Shown in pieces: positions 1 to 11,957 of a DNA stretch of 64,000 nt. The DNA comes from Ascidiella aspersa. Lineage: Eukaryota. The notes under the pieces are model-generated. The model was not told the origin of the DNA, did no database searches, and saw only the letters and a program-made list of their open reading frames with translations. Each line of letters begins with the position of its first letter. The first letter of the stretch is position 1. The stretch is from NCBI GenBank assembly GCA_963924565.1, contig OZ004610.1, positions 28,210,001-28,274,000 of the forward strand. Direction: 5' to 3'. Both the position numbers and the translations under genes were made by a program.

Positions 1-1002
1 TATTTCAGTCGTAACGTAATGTCGGGCCATAAACAACAAAGCGTACAATCGCCCACGCAAAGTATAATAAATTCTGCCTTTGATATTTGTTTTCCTTCTA
101 GAGCGAAAAAGCTTTTTGTTCCTTGTCGAAAGGGCAACAAGCCCGTAATATTTACACATTACCCGAAATAACGCCGCGATGCACGAAAAATTGGCGCCGA
201 TGCTAATGAAAAATTCCTTTCCCCCCTCGGTAAAAAGCAAAAAAGCAACATCGAGGTTGACTTGGCTAAAAATAACCTCGTAAGGCCGACATTAGGTTAT
301 AATCTTGCACGCAAAGAAGGTCAAACTCTCGATTTTGGCGTTCTTGCGGCCGCTTCGGAAGGCTCTCGACTTTTAAGACGCCGCCCTCTCGTGTGACATC
401 ACAATCGAGTGACGTAGTTGACCCTGAACTCGACGCTTTTCGAGGCCCTTCAGTTGGTGTGTTCAGGGGGGATTTGAATCGTCCCTTTCCTCGTTATTTA
501 CGGGTGCGGTCGTCGCTTTAACAATAGGGTGACAAGAAATGAAAAATTGCGGCGTTAGTTTCAGAAACTTACATTTTTGACCGCGATTTTTATATTGGAA
601 AGCTATACTCGGATTGCTGGGGAGTTAAAACCTCGTACCTGGGCCAATTGTAAGGGCATTAAAAGGGCTTTACAACGGACCCTTCTTTCAAGGTTGCCTT
701 CTCGTACCCTTTTACCTTTGGCCAGTTTTCCATCTGTCGTAATTTATGTATAGAGGATTTAAAAGAGCGGTGACCTTAACTGTTTCTCAATGCAAATATA
801 GGAAGGGATTTTTGTCGAAGTAAACGCTGCATTTAAAAAAAATCAGGTAAAGTTTTGCAAAGAGCGCTTACAGTATGTAAGATGCACCGAAATCTACCAA
901 AATTTTGGGCAAAATTTTTTTCCCACCATGTATCGATAATTATCGCCCCGATCCGATAATATCGGGCGTCCCAGGCACTAAACCGTGTTTTTTCCTTGCC
1001 AG

Positions 1003-3627
1003 ATATCAACGAATGCCGGATCCCGAACAGGCGTCCTTGCAACCACAAGTGCATGAACACTCCCGGAAGCTACACGTGCATTTGCCCAAGTGGATACCGA
1101 CTCAAAGGGAAGGCATGCGAAGGTAGGCCTCTACGCCTGTGTGTATAGTGTGTATAGTTAGGCGTGGGTTAGTTTCGGGTTGGTTTGTGACCCGGCTGGG
1201 GTAATTTTAATGTTGGAATAAGAGCAAGCGTGCGGTCAAGATAGTGATAGGAGTTTGACTTTTTTTCTTGCTATATATGTGGCGGCCCTTTTTGGTTGGA
1301 CCTAAAGATTTTCGATATTTTTTGAACGTCTGATTTTTAATCAAAAATCCGGTGGGCCTTCGGGTTTAACACAGATTAGCTACAGTACGACTTGAGCAAA
1401 AACTAAGACGTTCAGTTTTCCTTTGGATAAACCCATTAGAAGCCCAGTTCACCTTTGGGTAAAATTAGGATTTAGTCCAGTGGGCCTTTGGATAGTTAAA
1501 GTCCAGTTAGACTTTTGGTAAAGTATCAAGTTGGCCTTGTAGGGGGAAACAGGTGCAAGCAACATTATTTAAAACGTGTCTTCCATGCAGGTTGCGTGGC
1601 CCTAAGCCGTATCGTTTTCCTAACCCCTGAACGAGTTTAAAAGAACGGCCTTGGTCTCTGCTAACTGCATCAGAATAGGGTAATTAGGTGGCACTATATA
1701 TAAAAAATTGTATTAAATTCTCGACAAGCATTCGCACAACCGTGCTTTATCAAGTCAAAGTAGAAATGAAAGCAATTAAAGTGCACGAAGTAGAAGCACA
1801 AGTGCGAGTAAAAGGCGATAAGAATGATGATTTCTAACATATCCACATGCTCGCACAGACGTGTGTGACTGACTCAAAAACAATAAATAACTGGAGGTCT
1901 GGGTGTAGAAAAGTGTGCTGCGAGGCGTAGCATGACATACATCAGGAAGTCACTTTGTGGCTGTTTGAATCTCCCGGAGCCGTGTAGAAGGCACGACCAA
2001 TAGACCTGGCGACTTTGCCGCAATTACAAACTACATGCATTGGCACGCCCTATAAAGTCGCTGTAGCGCGCGGTGTGGGCCGTGTGCCTTGTGTTGACGC
2101 CTGTCGCTCTTACACAACTTCAATTGGCCGCAGCTTTGACGCGTCACGAATCCGACACGCTAGAAATTGTGCCGCGTAACATACCACCACCTGCACATGT
2201 CGAGCACCAAAACCGTTACAATGACGTAATTTTGCACCAATTAGGAAGCGACCATTGATCGGTGATGCACGACTTTTCTAAAACAAACACGCTGTTGGAA
2301 TTTTATGAACTAAGGCCTACTGTTTTTTTTTTTTTTGAAAAAGAAGCGCAAATACAATAGTGGCAAAGCATATGCTTGAATGTTTTTTATCAGGAGCTGA
2401 AACAAAAAATCTTCTAAAAAAAGATGATAGCCACTAAAGCTTTTTTCGCGTTGAATTCTGTCATTTTTACCGTGAAAATGATAGCCCGTCAACGATGGCT
2501 TTTTATGCACCAACTTTAACCAATTTTAATTTTAACTTTTTTTATGCGCCAATGTTAACCCACCTGCGTGTGTATTACAATTTTAACGTGTGCTTGTATT
2601 GAACCTCGCAGACTTGAACGAGTGTGCCCCGGGCGGGTCGAACAACTGCACCGAGGCCGAGACTTGCTTTAACACCAGGGGTGGCTTCAAGTGCGAAAAT
2701 CTTCAGTGCCCGGAAAACTACGCCAGGATAGCGAAAAGGTAAAAACGACACGAATAAAGTTTGGCGTTTTGTTATGACGCGCCTCTTTTCGTATTGGCAC
2801 TAAGTGTGCTGAGTGTTAAGTTTTCCATTTGGAGTGCATAAAGGTGAATGCATAGTTAAACACAACCTGTTTCTAATGGATATTATTAAGAAGGCTTTGC
2901 TTGATCAAATAAAGGGAGTAAGGTTTAAATACCTTGCCGACAAATATATAGATGTTTCGACTCTCGGCCTAAACAGGAAGTAAATATTCAAGCTGTAACT
3001 CAACAAATAGTAATCCGTGGTTCTACAAATGGGAACGTAATTGTTCCGGCTTGCGTTTTAGTGTGTTTTTAAAAAGGTTGTGATTGTCTAAACGCACTGT
3101 TTGCGTGGCCCGATTTCTAACGGCCTGTCTTGTTTCTTTTTCCTGTTTTGCATGGCACGTTGACACTCCTCCGGACAATCAAAAAAACAATACACGAACG
3201 CACACACACACACTCACGTGCACCCCCTTGGCGAACGCGCATGCGCAGAAACCGCTGCGTGCGTAACCTGTGCCGGAACGCGGTCAACCGACGCGAGTGC
3301 ATTCGCAAGCCGAAGCAAGTCTCCTACCACAACATAACAGTGGCGAACGGCGCGCACGCCGGGAAGGCCATCTTCAGGTTCAGCTTTATCCAGAGCTCGG
3401 CCAAAGACCGCTACTACTTTCTGCTGACCAAGGGCAACGTGGACGGCAGTTTCCGTGTCGAGAAGCGACGAAAACGCAAGCGACAGATCGGCGTCGTCTA
3501 CACCGCTAAGACCATGACAGGGCCGCGCGATTACGTGGTCGACTTGACCTTGAAGCTGTACCGGCGGCGCCGCTGGACCAGTTTTGTGTCTCGTCTTTAC
3601 ATCTACGTAGCGCAGTACCGCTTTTAA
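1003..3627 (+). CDS. FBLN1: Fibulin-1-like gene, 3' part, C-type isoform (exons 1003-1122, 2612-2738, 3249-3627); 5' part lies upstream of the window
   Basis: Two cbEGF exons ([40 protein letters not shown]; [37 protein letters not shown]) with AG/GT sites and matching phases. They are followed by a single exon encoding a fibulin C-terminal module (..[36 protein letters not shown]). Confidence 0.85.
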
Positions 3628-6094
3628 ACGATCGCGCGCGGCCCTTTCTGCTAATTCCAGCAGTTTTTAGCCGCGACGCTTCGCGGCGACACCGTGCGGA
3701 AAGACGCGACGCGCGAGGCGGCCCGCGCGGTGGCGCTGTCGGCGTACACCCTAGGTCGCGGCGAATTTTCAGCTTCTCTTGTTTTTTTATTTATTTCTGC
3801 TCTCTTTGTGTGTTGGCATTACGCGCCAGAACAAAGGGGTTGGCTTAACCACAAAGCTCAAGTTTTAGAAACGATTTGTCAGAGAAACTACATCGCTTAA
3901 TTCAAGCATTAATTTAGCAGCGGAAACTGCTAATTGTACAAATTGCGCGAGTTCACCGGAACGCAGTAAATTTTTTTGTTTTGCATTACCAACTTAATAG
4001 TAAAATATTTCTTTCGGTAATACTGGAAAAGTGACTCTCAATCTTAAATACTTTTTCCAAATAAAACGAACATTTTCCCAGTTTAAAAGTCTCTATGGGG
4101 AACACTGACCAAGAACCTTAGCTTTGAAACCTCTCACGAAATCGTTGCGACTTACAAAACGTCCCTGAAATAATGTTAAATAGTTTATAACTAACACATT
4201 TAACGCAACTTTTAAACTGCTGTTTTCACTGCGTAACCCTTAGCTGTTCTAGCGCGTAATGCTGGCGCTTTCGTCGTTAATATATTGTTGTTGTAAATAA
4301 GCCGATAAGCGCTTCAGTCAGGGAATCGGCGGCGAAACGAAACGCGAAAATAAAAAAGCAGCATAAAACTCGACATAGAACCTTAACAGATGCCCGTTGG
4401 TTTGTAATTACGCCCAGTGTTTTGTGTTTTGCACGTGCCGCCCCTTTTCAGTATTCTCGCCTTGTCTAGTGTATTTTCGCATTTTATCCCGCTCGGTTAT
4501 CGTTTCGGCAATCTCCGCAGGCCTTCATTTTTCGCGAACGCTTTTCCATTTTAAAGTTCACCGCAGTGACGCGGTTTTTACGTTCGGTCCAACAGCATCA
4601 TGTTCAACGCCGAAATATCGGCTTTTTAATTACGTCAACACTTTAGTTCGCCTTTGTTTTTTGTTTTGTAATTTAAATAAGTTCCTTTCGGTTTTTTAAA
4701 GTTTCAATCAAAATGCTGGCGTTTTTTTTCTATTTCATGGCGCGTTTTTCACCAACCTTTTTGTTCTGTTTTATAATGGTTTGATTTTGTTGTTTTTCTT
4801 TTGTACAGCCGTTAGAGTCAGTTAAATTCTGTACATTGTCGTCGGCGATCTAATCCAATCGGATGAAGTTCGTTTTGCGAATGGATATTTCTTGTATTTT
4901 TATTGTAAATTGCTTTGTTTCTGACAATACTGCCACGCCTTTCATTTACTCACCGAAGCCCTTTATTTCAGGAAAACGAAGCTTAACTTGATCGAGTCCA
5001 TATCGAGTCTATTTTGATTGCTTTTAGGGTAAAGTTTAAATTACACAAAAGCATGGTTTTCAACATATCTTGTCGTATCACTAAAAAACGCACATCAATT
5101 GTAATAGAAAGTCACTTTTATAACGTGTAGACTGTAGATAAACTAATAGTTCAGCATACTCTGTTTTAACACTTCCTTTTGTGTACGAAGTAGAAATGTT
5201 AAGTTTTCGTTGCCGCTCTTCGTATTTGTTACGTCATAACGACGTCATCGGGCCCTGGTGGCTCGCAGCACGTCACAAAATCACCCGGAACCCTTATTTT
5301 GTCCACTTTTCTGCTTTCTCACGTTAAAAGTCCCGTTTATTTTGTCTTTCTGCGCTTTCGCATGCTTGTCGCGCGATGGCGCCCTTGCACCGATTTTTTT
5401 CTCTCCGTTGGGGAGACGATCGGCGGACCGTTTTATGTTCCGTTGCTTGATAATACATAAGAAGTTTTACGAACGTGTTTGGCATGATACTATAGGTTAT
5501 ACGAATGTACGTGTATACGCGAGCACACACTTTTTGCATCGTCGGAATTGTTCTGGTTGCCTTGGTGTTGTAGCACTGAAGGACTGCAAGGAATCGCTTG
5601 GTTGGTTGTGTAAGAGTATGGGATAGAGTCGAACTTGAAATTATTATGTACATAATTAAGCACCATTTAAATTAGGATCAAATACCGGTTCTAAAGACCT
5701 GTCGTAGTACGAAGGATGCAGCAGGCAACGGTGTCTTGGTTATTTCTTCATTGCTCCATCCTTAACCCGCATAAAGTTATATCACAGTATGGTCGGCTTA
5801 GTGAGTAGAGGCTAGCTTTTCAAGCGGACAATGTATACCTTGCTTCCTATTGAAATCCTTCCCGGCATAATGTTTAGCTACTGATACGAACTTAACGATC
5901 CGGGGACAGAACTTAATAGTAAGACCTGCTGCCTTCAGTAAGTGAAAATCGAGAATTTTCTTACGTTAATGCAGACGAAAACTTGCTAAGCTTATGGGCA
6001 CTAAACAGACGAGAATTAAACGATTTAAATTTTTTGTTTTTTAAGAGATTTCAACGGCAACAACAAGGTTTCTCAAAATGCTTAATACATAAAC

Positions 6095-7805
6095 CAGGGC
6101 AACGTTACAAATAACCAGAGTCCGATTACGGCCAAATGTGATATTTCGCCGAGTCCGGCCCAGACTCTACAGCAGTGTTTCTCAACCTTTTTCACCCCAG
6201 GGCGCACTTGTAAACCTTTCAAAACCTGGCGGCGCACCTGACGAGCGAGTCGACTGCAAACTTTGTTTGGGTATTTTGTTTTTTGCTGGCAGTTTTTATT
6301 ACATCAGGCTCCTAATTTTATTATCTATAAAGAAGCCTGCGGAGTCGGTTAAAAATAACCCGACTCCAACTCCCGAGTCCGACTCCGGCCAAATGTGCGA
6401 TTTCGTCAAATTCTGAGTCCGGCTGCCACTCTACAGCCTTTATTTCACCCATGCACGCAACTAAATTAAGGTAGATTTTCAACTATCTCCTCATAGGGGT
6501 GTCATATATATCTCATCACCCACAAAAGCCCCGCTAGATACATGTTGCAATAGTTCCTCTTTCTTTGTTAGCGAAGAGCCAACATCAAACATTGGGACTA
6601 CTATAAGGGCTACGAGTCCAGTCCTATTGCTCAGTGTTTATTCACAGAAAATAGTGACTAGAGTTTAATTACAGACATAGTCCTTTATTAAAAAAAATAA
6701 ATCTGATTGGTCATTTTTGATTAAAGAATCATCTCCAAACAGCCTAATTTAACTTTCCCTCTCCTATGTTTTAAGAAAAGCCTTAATTTTATCTGTGGAC
6801 GAGTGTTTCCAATTTGATTCCGCATTGACAATTTTAAACTATTCAAATGTTGGAATATGTCATTTAAATTTTGAACTTTGAATTCCAAAATTGACCGACG
6901 CCATAATAAAACCCAATACATTTTTGTAAGACCTAAGTGGCCTAAATAACATCTTGATCCCTAGGAAATTGGTATAAGACGATTAGGCGCCGCCACCGCC
7001 TTATAAGAGCCATGTTTTTTAAACGGCGGCGTTTGTAGACGCTGTCTTGACACTGGACTGTTGGTCCGATAGGGGTTTGGGTTTGTTATCTGTTGGCCCT
7101 CTTTCGATCTTATTCCGAACTGTGTTATATTCCGACGTTGATGTTGTTCCTAATTTTGGTCTTATTGCTGGAATCCACTATCAGTCGCAAATTCTAAAAA
7201 TAATACAGATTTTTTGTATTATTTTTTCTCTGATTTTCTCGCGGCGCACCTGGCAACCTTCCACGGCGCACCGGTTGAGAAACGCTGCTCTACAGTCTGT
7301 ATTTAACCAATTTACGTAACTATAATTATTTCATGTTGCTGGTGTCTGCTGTTTAAATGGAAGATAGGTTTATTATATTTGTTCCAAGTTCTGCGTTTTT
7401 CGTCACGGCTAAACTTTCATGGTAAATTGACATAGTGGTTTACAAAGCCAGCCCCTTGGAATCTTTAAACAGTTTTCTATAAGAAGGAAAAATTGAAAAA
7501 CAAACTAGTCTTGATTACTATTATGGTTGAAATCAACTAGAAAGTCGGCTGTGTGATCCAACGAATACAATTTAGTGGGTAAATAAGGTTGATATTCAGC
7601 AATCGCTCATAGGGACAGGGTACGTTCCATAGGCTACAGCTCACCAACACACAACACATGGTGAGAAAGTAATAAACCATATATGCTATCCACCTTCACA
7701 ATTTAAAGTTTGCGGCCTTATCAATTTCGAGTCTTACTGGAGTCCCGAGTCTACTCCAGCAACACAAACCGACTCCGTCAAGTCGAGTCTGACTCCGCAG
7801 CACTA
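6095..7805. mobile_element. Degenerate non-autonomous DNA transposon (GAGTCGG/CCGACTCC family), interrupted by a nested hAT MITE
   Basis: The sequence before 6173 and after 7295 is colinear with the more intact family copy at 41287-41683 and ends in ..gactccgcagcact. Boundaries are approximate. Confidence 0.55.
6173..7287. mobile_element. hAT-type MITE
   Basis: TIRs CAGTGTTTCTCAACC / GGTTGAGAAACGCTG; perfect 8-bp TSD CTCTACAG (6165-6172, 7288-7295). Confidence 0.85.
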
Positions 7806-8990
7806 CTAGAAACACGTCAGTCGTCAGTATATGGCTCAAAAAGTTGGACGAGGGCCACCGTCGAGAAACACTGGTCTAGACACATTAGTTTGATCAATGC
7901 CGTAAACCGCGTTTAGTGTTTTAAAGCAAATGCAACACGTCCTAATATCACAATGTCGTTTGTTGTTTTATGTCAGTCAGCTCTAAGGCATAAACGCTTT
8001 TTACTATTTACTTCAACTGAATTTGTACGAAATTGGCGACTTCCGAGTCTAATTCAAGCCAAGAAAATAAAATCAAGTCCGGATCCATCTGAATCCATCC
8101 GCCCACGTAACTAAAATATGGTAAATATCCAGCAATCAACCTATAGGGGTGTACTCATTAGGTCACAATACGTGGGTGTTTTTTCAACCTATTTTATTTT
8201 AATATTTCAACCATTTTATTTTGATGAATGATCTGCTGTCTTATCGAGTACAGCTTCGACTACACAGCCGTGGTTTGTATAAGGTTCGCGATCTGGTAAT
8301 TCCGCAGTCCGGTTATATAGTGCATCTTGTAACATCTACCTTTGCTTGTATAAAAAAAGGCCGGGTCGCTTCAGCCTTTTGTGGTAACTGAGGATTGTGA
8401 TTACCGAATACGGAGTGTACATCTAAAAGTCACCCGTTATCAATGGACAGAACACTTATTCCTCTAATAGCCCCGCATCTGTCAACAAAATAACCGACTA
8501 ACACATAATTAGACAAAACTAGAATTTTTCTTTTCTTGAATAAAAAAAGCAAATAAATACCAAATAATGATTTAAATATGCCCTGTTTTATATAAACAAA
8601 AATTCTAACAAAATTAGCATTAAAGCGAGGCAAGATAAAGCATATCAAAGAAACTAAAACTTTGAAAAAAAAAAATAGAATGGGGTGAAAATAGAATGAT
8701 GTTTATATCGGAACAGTTCGAAAAACGCTCATTTTGAGAGATACATTACGAAGAAACGTGATCGTTCGATCTAATGCTAAAAGTTTAGCCTAAAAGGATT
8801 GAACACCCTTCGCAACGAGACAAAAACGTGTATTGGGATTGGCACATATATACTAAATGCGAGATGCAAATGAAATATTTCTCTGTAGCGCATTCATATT
8901 TTTCCTTTACCGGAACGACGTTCCGGCTAACTTTTACCACTGCGTAGTAAGCCCATAGCGCTTCGGCCAATTCAAGGCGTATTTTGGCAG

Positions 8991-10966
8991 GCACAGACTA
9001 GTGAAGTGCATCCTACGGACGTTCTGCCAGGAAGAGCCCTGTCCGCAAGAGGTGAAGAGCTACATTAAGCTTCATGTGGCACTGCCATCCGTCCCGGTCT
9101 TGCACAACCCGGAGCTGCTCATCAGACTGAAAAAGGTACGCGGGCTGGCAAAGGATTTGGGGAACGCACAATAAGACATGTAAAGTAACAATAACTTAAG
9201 CGCAATGATCAACAACAGTGTTTCTTAATCAGGTGAATGAAACTTTTGCAGGGGTGAACCAACCAAAAGGGGTAAAAAGGGTGAACCGTCAGAACCCGTC
9301 AGAAATGTGATAGCTTGCGAACAGGGCGTATATTCCGGGTGTTCAACCTGTTTAGTGAACAGGTGAGAATTTCCAAATAGAGAAGGGTGAATGAAATTTG
9401 GAGGGGTGTACAAAACTAAAAAAGTTTAAGAATTACTGATCTACAGTACAGTGTTGTAAGTAGAGAAATGACTTAAAACCATACCAACGCATTTGAAAAG
9501 TAACTTAAGTCAAATTAAAGTATTTTGCAAAATAGTAATTCAGGTCCCATTCCAAGTGATCAATTGTCCATGTCAAGTCATTATTATAGCAAGTCAACTT
9601 GTGTCATTGCCAAATGACTTAAGTCAAATCAATTTACTTGAAATGAGTCACGTAAATGCCCTTAAGACAAGTCATTGACTTAAGTCATTACAACACTAAT
9701 AATACCAGTATTGGGAGTTCGGACCAACGGCATAGTAATCCAATTATGCAGTAATACCTATATATGACTGAAGTAGGGCCTGAATTCGTCAGGATAAGAC
9801 CTAAACACGTCGGAATGAGTGCTAAACCAATTTGATCTAAACAGTTTTTATCCCTGCTCATAATATACTCGCTCTTTTTACAGTCACGAGCGGCCCACGA
9901 TTTTTCCGTAAAAATCACCCAAGGGAACGAAGAGGAAAAGTTCATGATGCACCAGTATCCCACCTTCGGTAAGAAATAGAAAATTGTTGGCTATAATGAC
10001 ATTAAAATTATGTCAAAGGATACTTTTATAATTCAATTGACCAAACGCGTATGAAATATGTCACCGTCTGTGTTTAGTCTAACCTCGTGTGATGAACAAC
10101 CGACAGCAGTTTAGTTATGTAAAATTGTAGACAAGGAGGTATGGGAATTTGGCGTTACTGCATTGATATAGACATACGCATGTGCGTTTTTTTTATAAGG
10201 TACAGCTTGCTAGACCGCTAAGAAATTTTAAGAGGCCGTAAAGACCCGCTTAAAAAGACAGTTACAAAAGAAGGGTATATTTTAAGATACCGTTTTGGTC
10301 ACTAAAACATGTTAAAACACTTCACATGTGTATATTTGTAACTGGGATTTGCCTTCTTTTTGTATGCAAAGGAAGCATTGGTCACGCTGGAAAGTGTTCT
10401 AAACAACTCATTTCAAAATGACTTTCAGTGAAGCTAGTTTATAAAAATAGCAATTCAATTCTAAGTCCAAGTTATTAGTGGCCCAAGTCAAGTCCCAGTC
10501 AATTTGCCGAATCCAAGTCACGCAATTAGTATTTCAAAATAAGTCTAAAAAAGTATGTGACGAACGGAACCCAATTCACTAAAATGTGGCCTATTCCATT
10601 AAAACACTTAAATTTTGGTGTAACACTTTGCGACCATGACCTAAATTCAAGTCAAGTACTTGTTTAGCGAAAGACTTCATTTTAAAATATTATAGAAAAT
10701 CATTGGCTTCAGTTTATACAACAAAGGAAAAACTGCCGAAATAAAAAAAAATACACAAGCGAGACATGTTTTGTTTTTTGCCTTTTTTAGCAATGCTCTC
10801 GCTGGTCAGAGACGTTATTGGTCCTTGGGAGACCGTTTTGCAAATCCACGTCACGGAAACGGTGCCGGACCATAATCAACGAAAGGCCGCGAACGGGTTA
10901 AGGCCCCTCAAAAAGGAACACAAGATGGTCAACATCTACATGTACGTATCAAAGTACACCTTCTAA
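8991..10966 (+). CDS. FBLN1: Fibulin-1 alternative D-type C-terminal exons (8991-9135, 9884-9968, 10791-10966), spliced from the donor after 2738
   Basis: The exon at 8991 fits the phase-2 donor after 2738. The joined product RHRLVKCILRTFCQEEPCPQEVKSYIKLHVALPSVPVLHNPELLIRLKK-SRAAHDFSVKITQGNEEEKFMMHQYPTF-AMLSLVRDVIGPWETVLQIHV..HKMVNIYMYVSKYTF* resembles fibulin-1D (VRCIKSC..ISLPTF..RPEEIIFL..ITEGN..VRPIVGPFHAVL..VVNVHIFVSEYWF). All junctions are GT-AG and in frame. Confidence 0.8.
9449..9697. mobile_element. Small MITE-like element rich in CAAGTC/GACTT motifs
   Basis: Termini CAGTGTTGTAA / TTACAACACTA; related CAAGTC-rich sequence at ~10460-10660; no clean TSD. Confidence 0.45.
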
Positions 10967-11662
10967 CAGCGAAGCAAAGGAAATAAGGAAAATGTGTACA
11001 AAATCTAATAGTCACCAAGTTCGTTTGCAAAGCTCATCTGGATCAAATTATTAAACTGCTTTTCACGTTATGGCGATTTTTAAGTTGTGCCTTGAAAAAC
11101 GTACTATTGAAGCGTGTTTTTGTATCTGCAAATAGCTGTTGATTTAAAGTAAAAACATGCCAACCAAAATGTTTAAAAGTGTACAACTAAATTTTATATA
11201 TTTACCGCCTTTCTTATTTGTTAAGCAAAACATTTAGCTTCTCAGATGCTTACAATTAAATCCACAGCATGTCAAAAAAATATTTGTCGGCTGTACATTG
11301 TGTGTAACATTTTTATTTGTTTCAATTTTAAGTTGTGTATTGAAAAACGATTAACGTTTTGAGTGCATTTCGTTTTTAAAAAGCTAATGATTTAAAAGCT
11401 AAACATGTTAATCCATAACTTGGTATAAGGATGTCAAAAAAGTTCGGCAATGATTTTTTCACAATAAGTACTGTATGATCTCGAACTGCGGTTGTCAGAT
11501 AATTATTTGGGAAAAAGTATTGCAACCCAACGTAAAATAATTTGGTATCGAATCGACAACGATAACACCCGAGTATCAGACGAGTCCCTATAGCCCCTTT
11601 TATTATTACTTAGCATAGGGTATCAGTTCGAATTCGATAGTATCGAACCCTATTGGTTAATA

Positions 11663-11957
11663 CAGTGTTTCCCAGCCCTGATGGCTTACGACAACCCCAA
11701 AATTATTTAACAGATTACGGCACCCCTCTTAGAGTTTTCGGAACTGCAACAGTAGAGTCAACTTCATGCATGTTGGAAAATATTAGTTTATTATTCGCAC
11801 GGTATACTCTAATCGCACACAAAGAGTTGTTTCAAGAGGAATATCAATAGAGCAAATATCAGATTTAAAAAAAAAATATCCGAAAACTCTTGTCACCCTT
11901 GAGTATTATTACAAATGGTACCCCAGGGTGCCACGGCAATCTAGTTGGAAACCACTG
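11663..11957. mobile_element. hAT-type MITE
   Basis: TIRs CAGTGTTTCCCAGC / GTTGGAAACCACTG; imperfect TSD GGTTAATA/AGTTAGTA. Confidence 0.65.

Noticed and set aside
3130-3248. N-terminal part of the 165-aa ORF 3130-3627
   Set aside because: Intronic read-through; the real exon begins at the AG before 3249.
8991-9174. TMEM199/VMA12-like pseudogene fragment (LPSVPVLHNPELLIRLKKVR resembles [21 protein letters not shown])
   Set aside because: The segment has in-phase splice sites linking it to the fibulin EGF exon and to two further exons that complete a fibulin-1D module; the similarity is coincidental.
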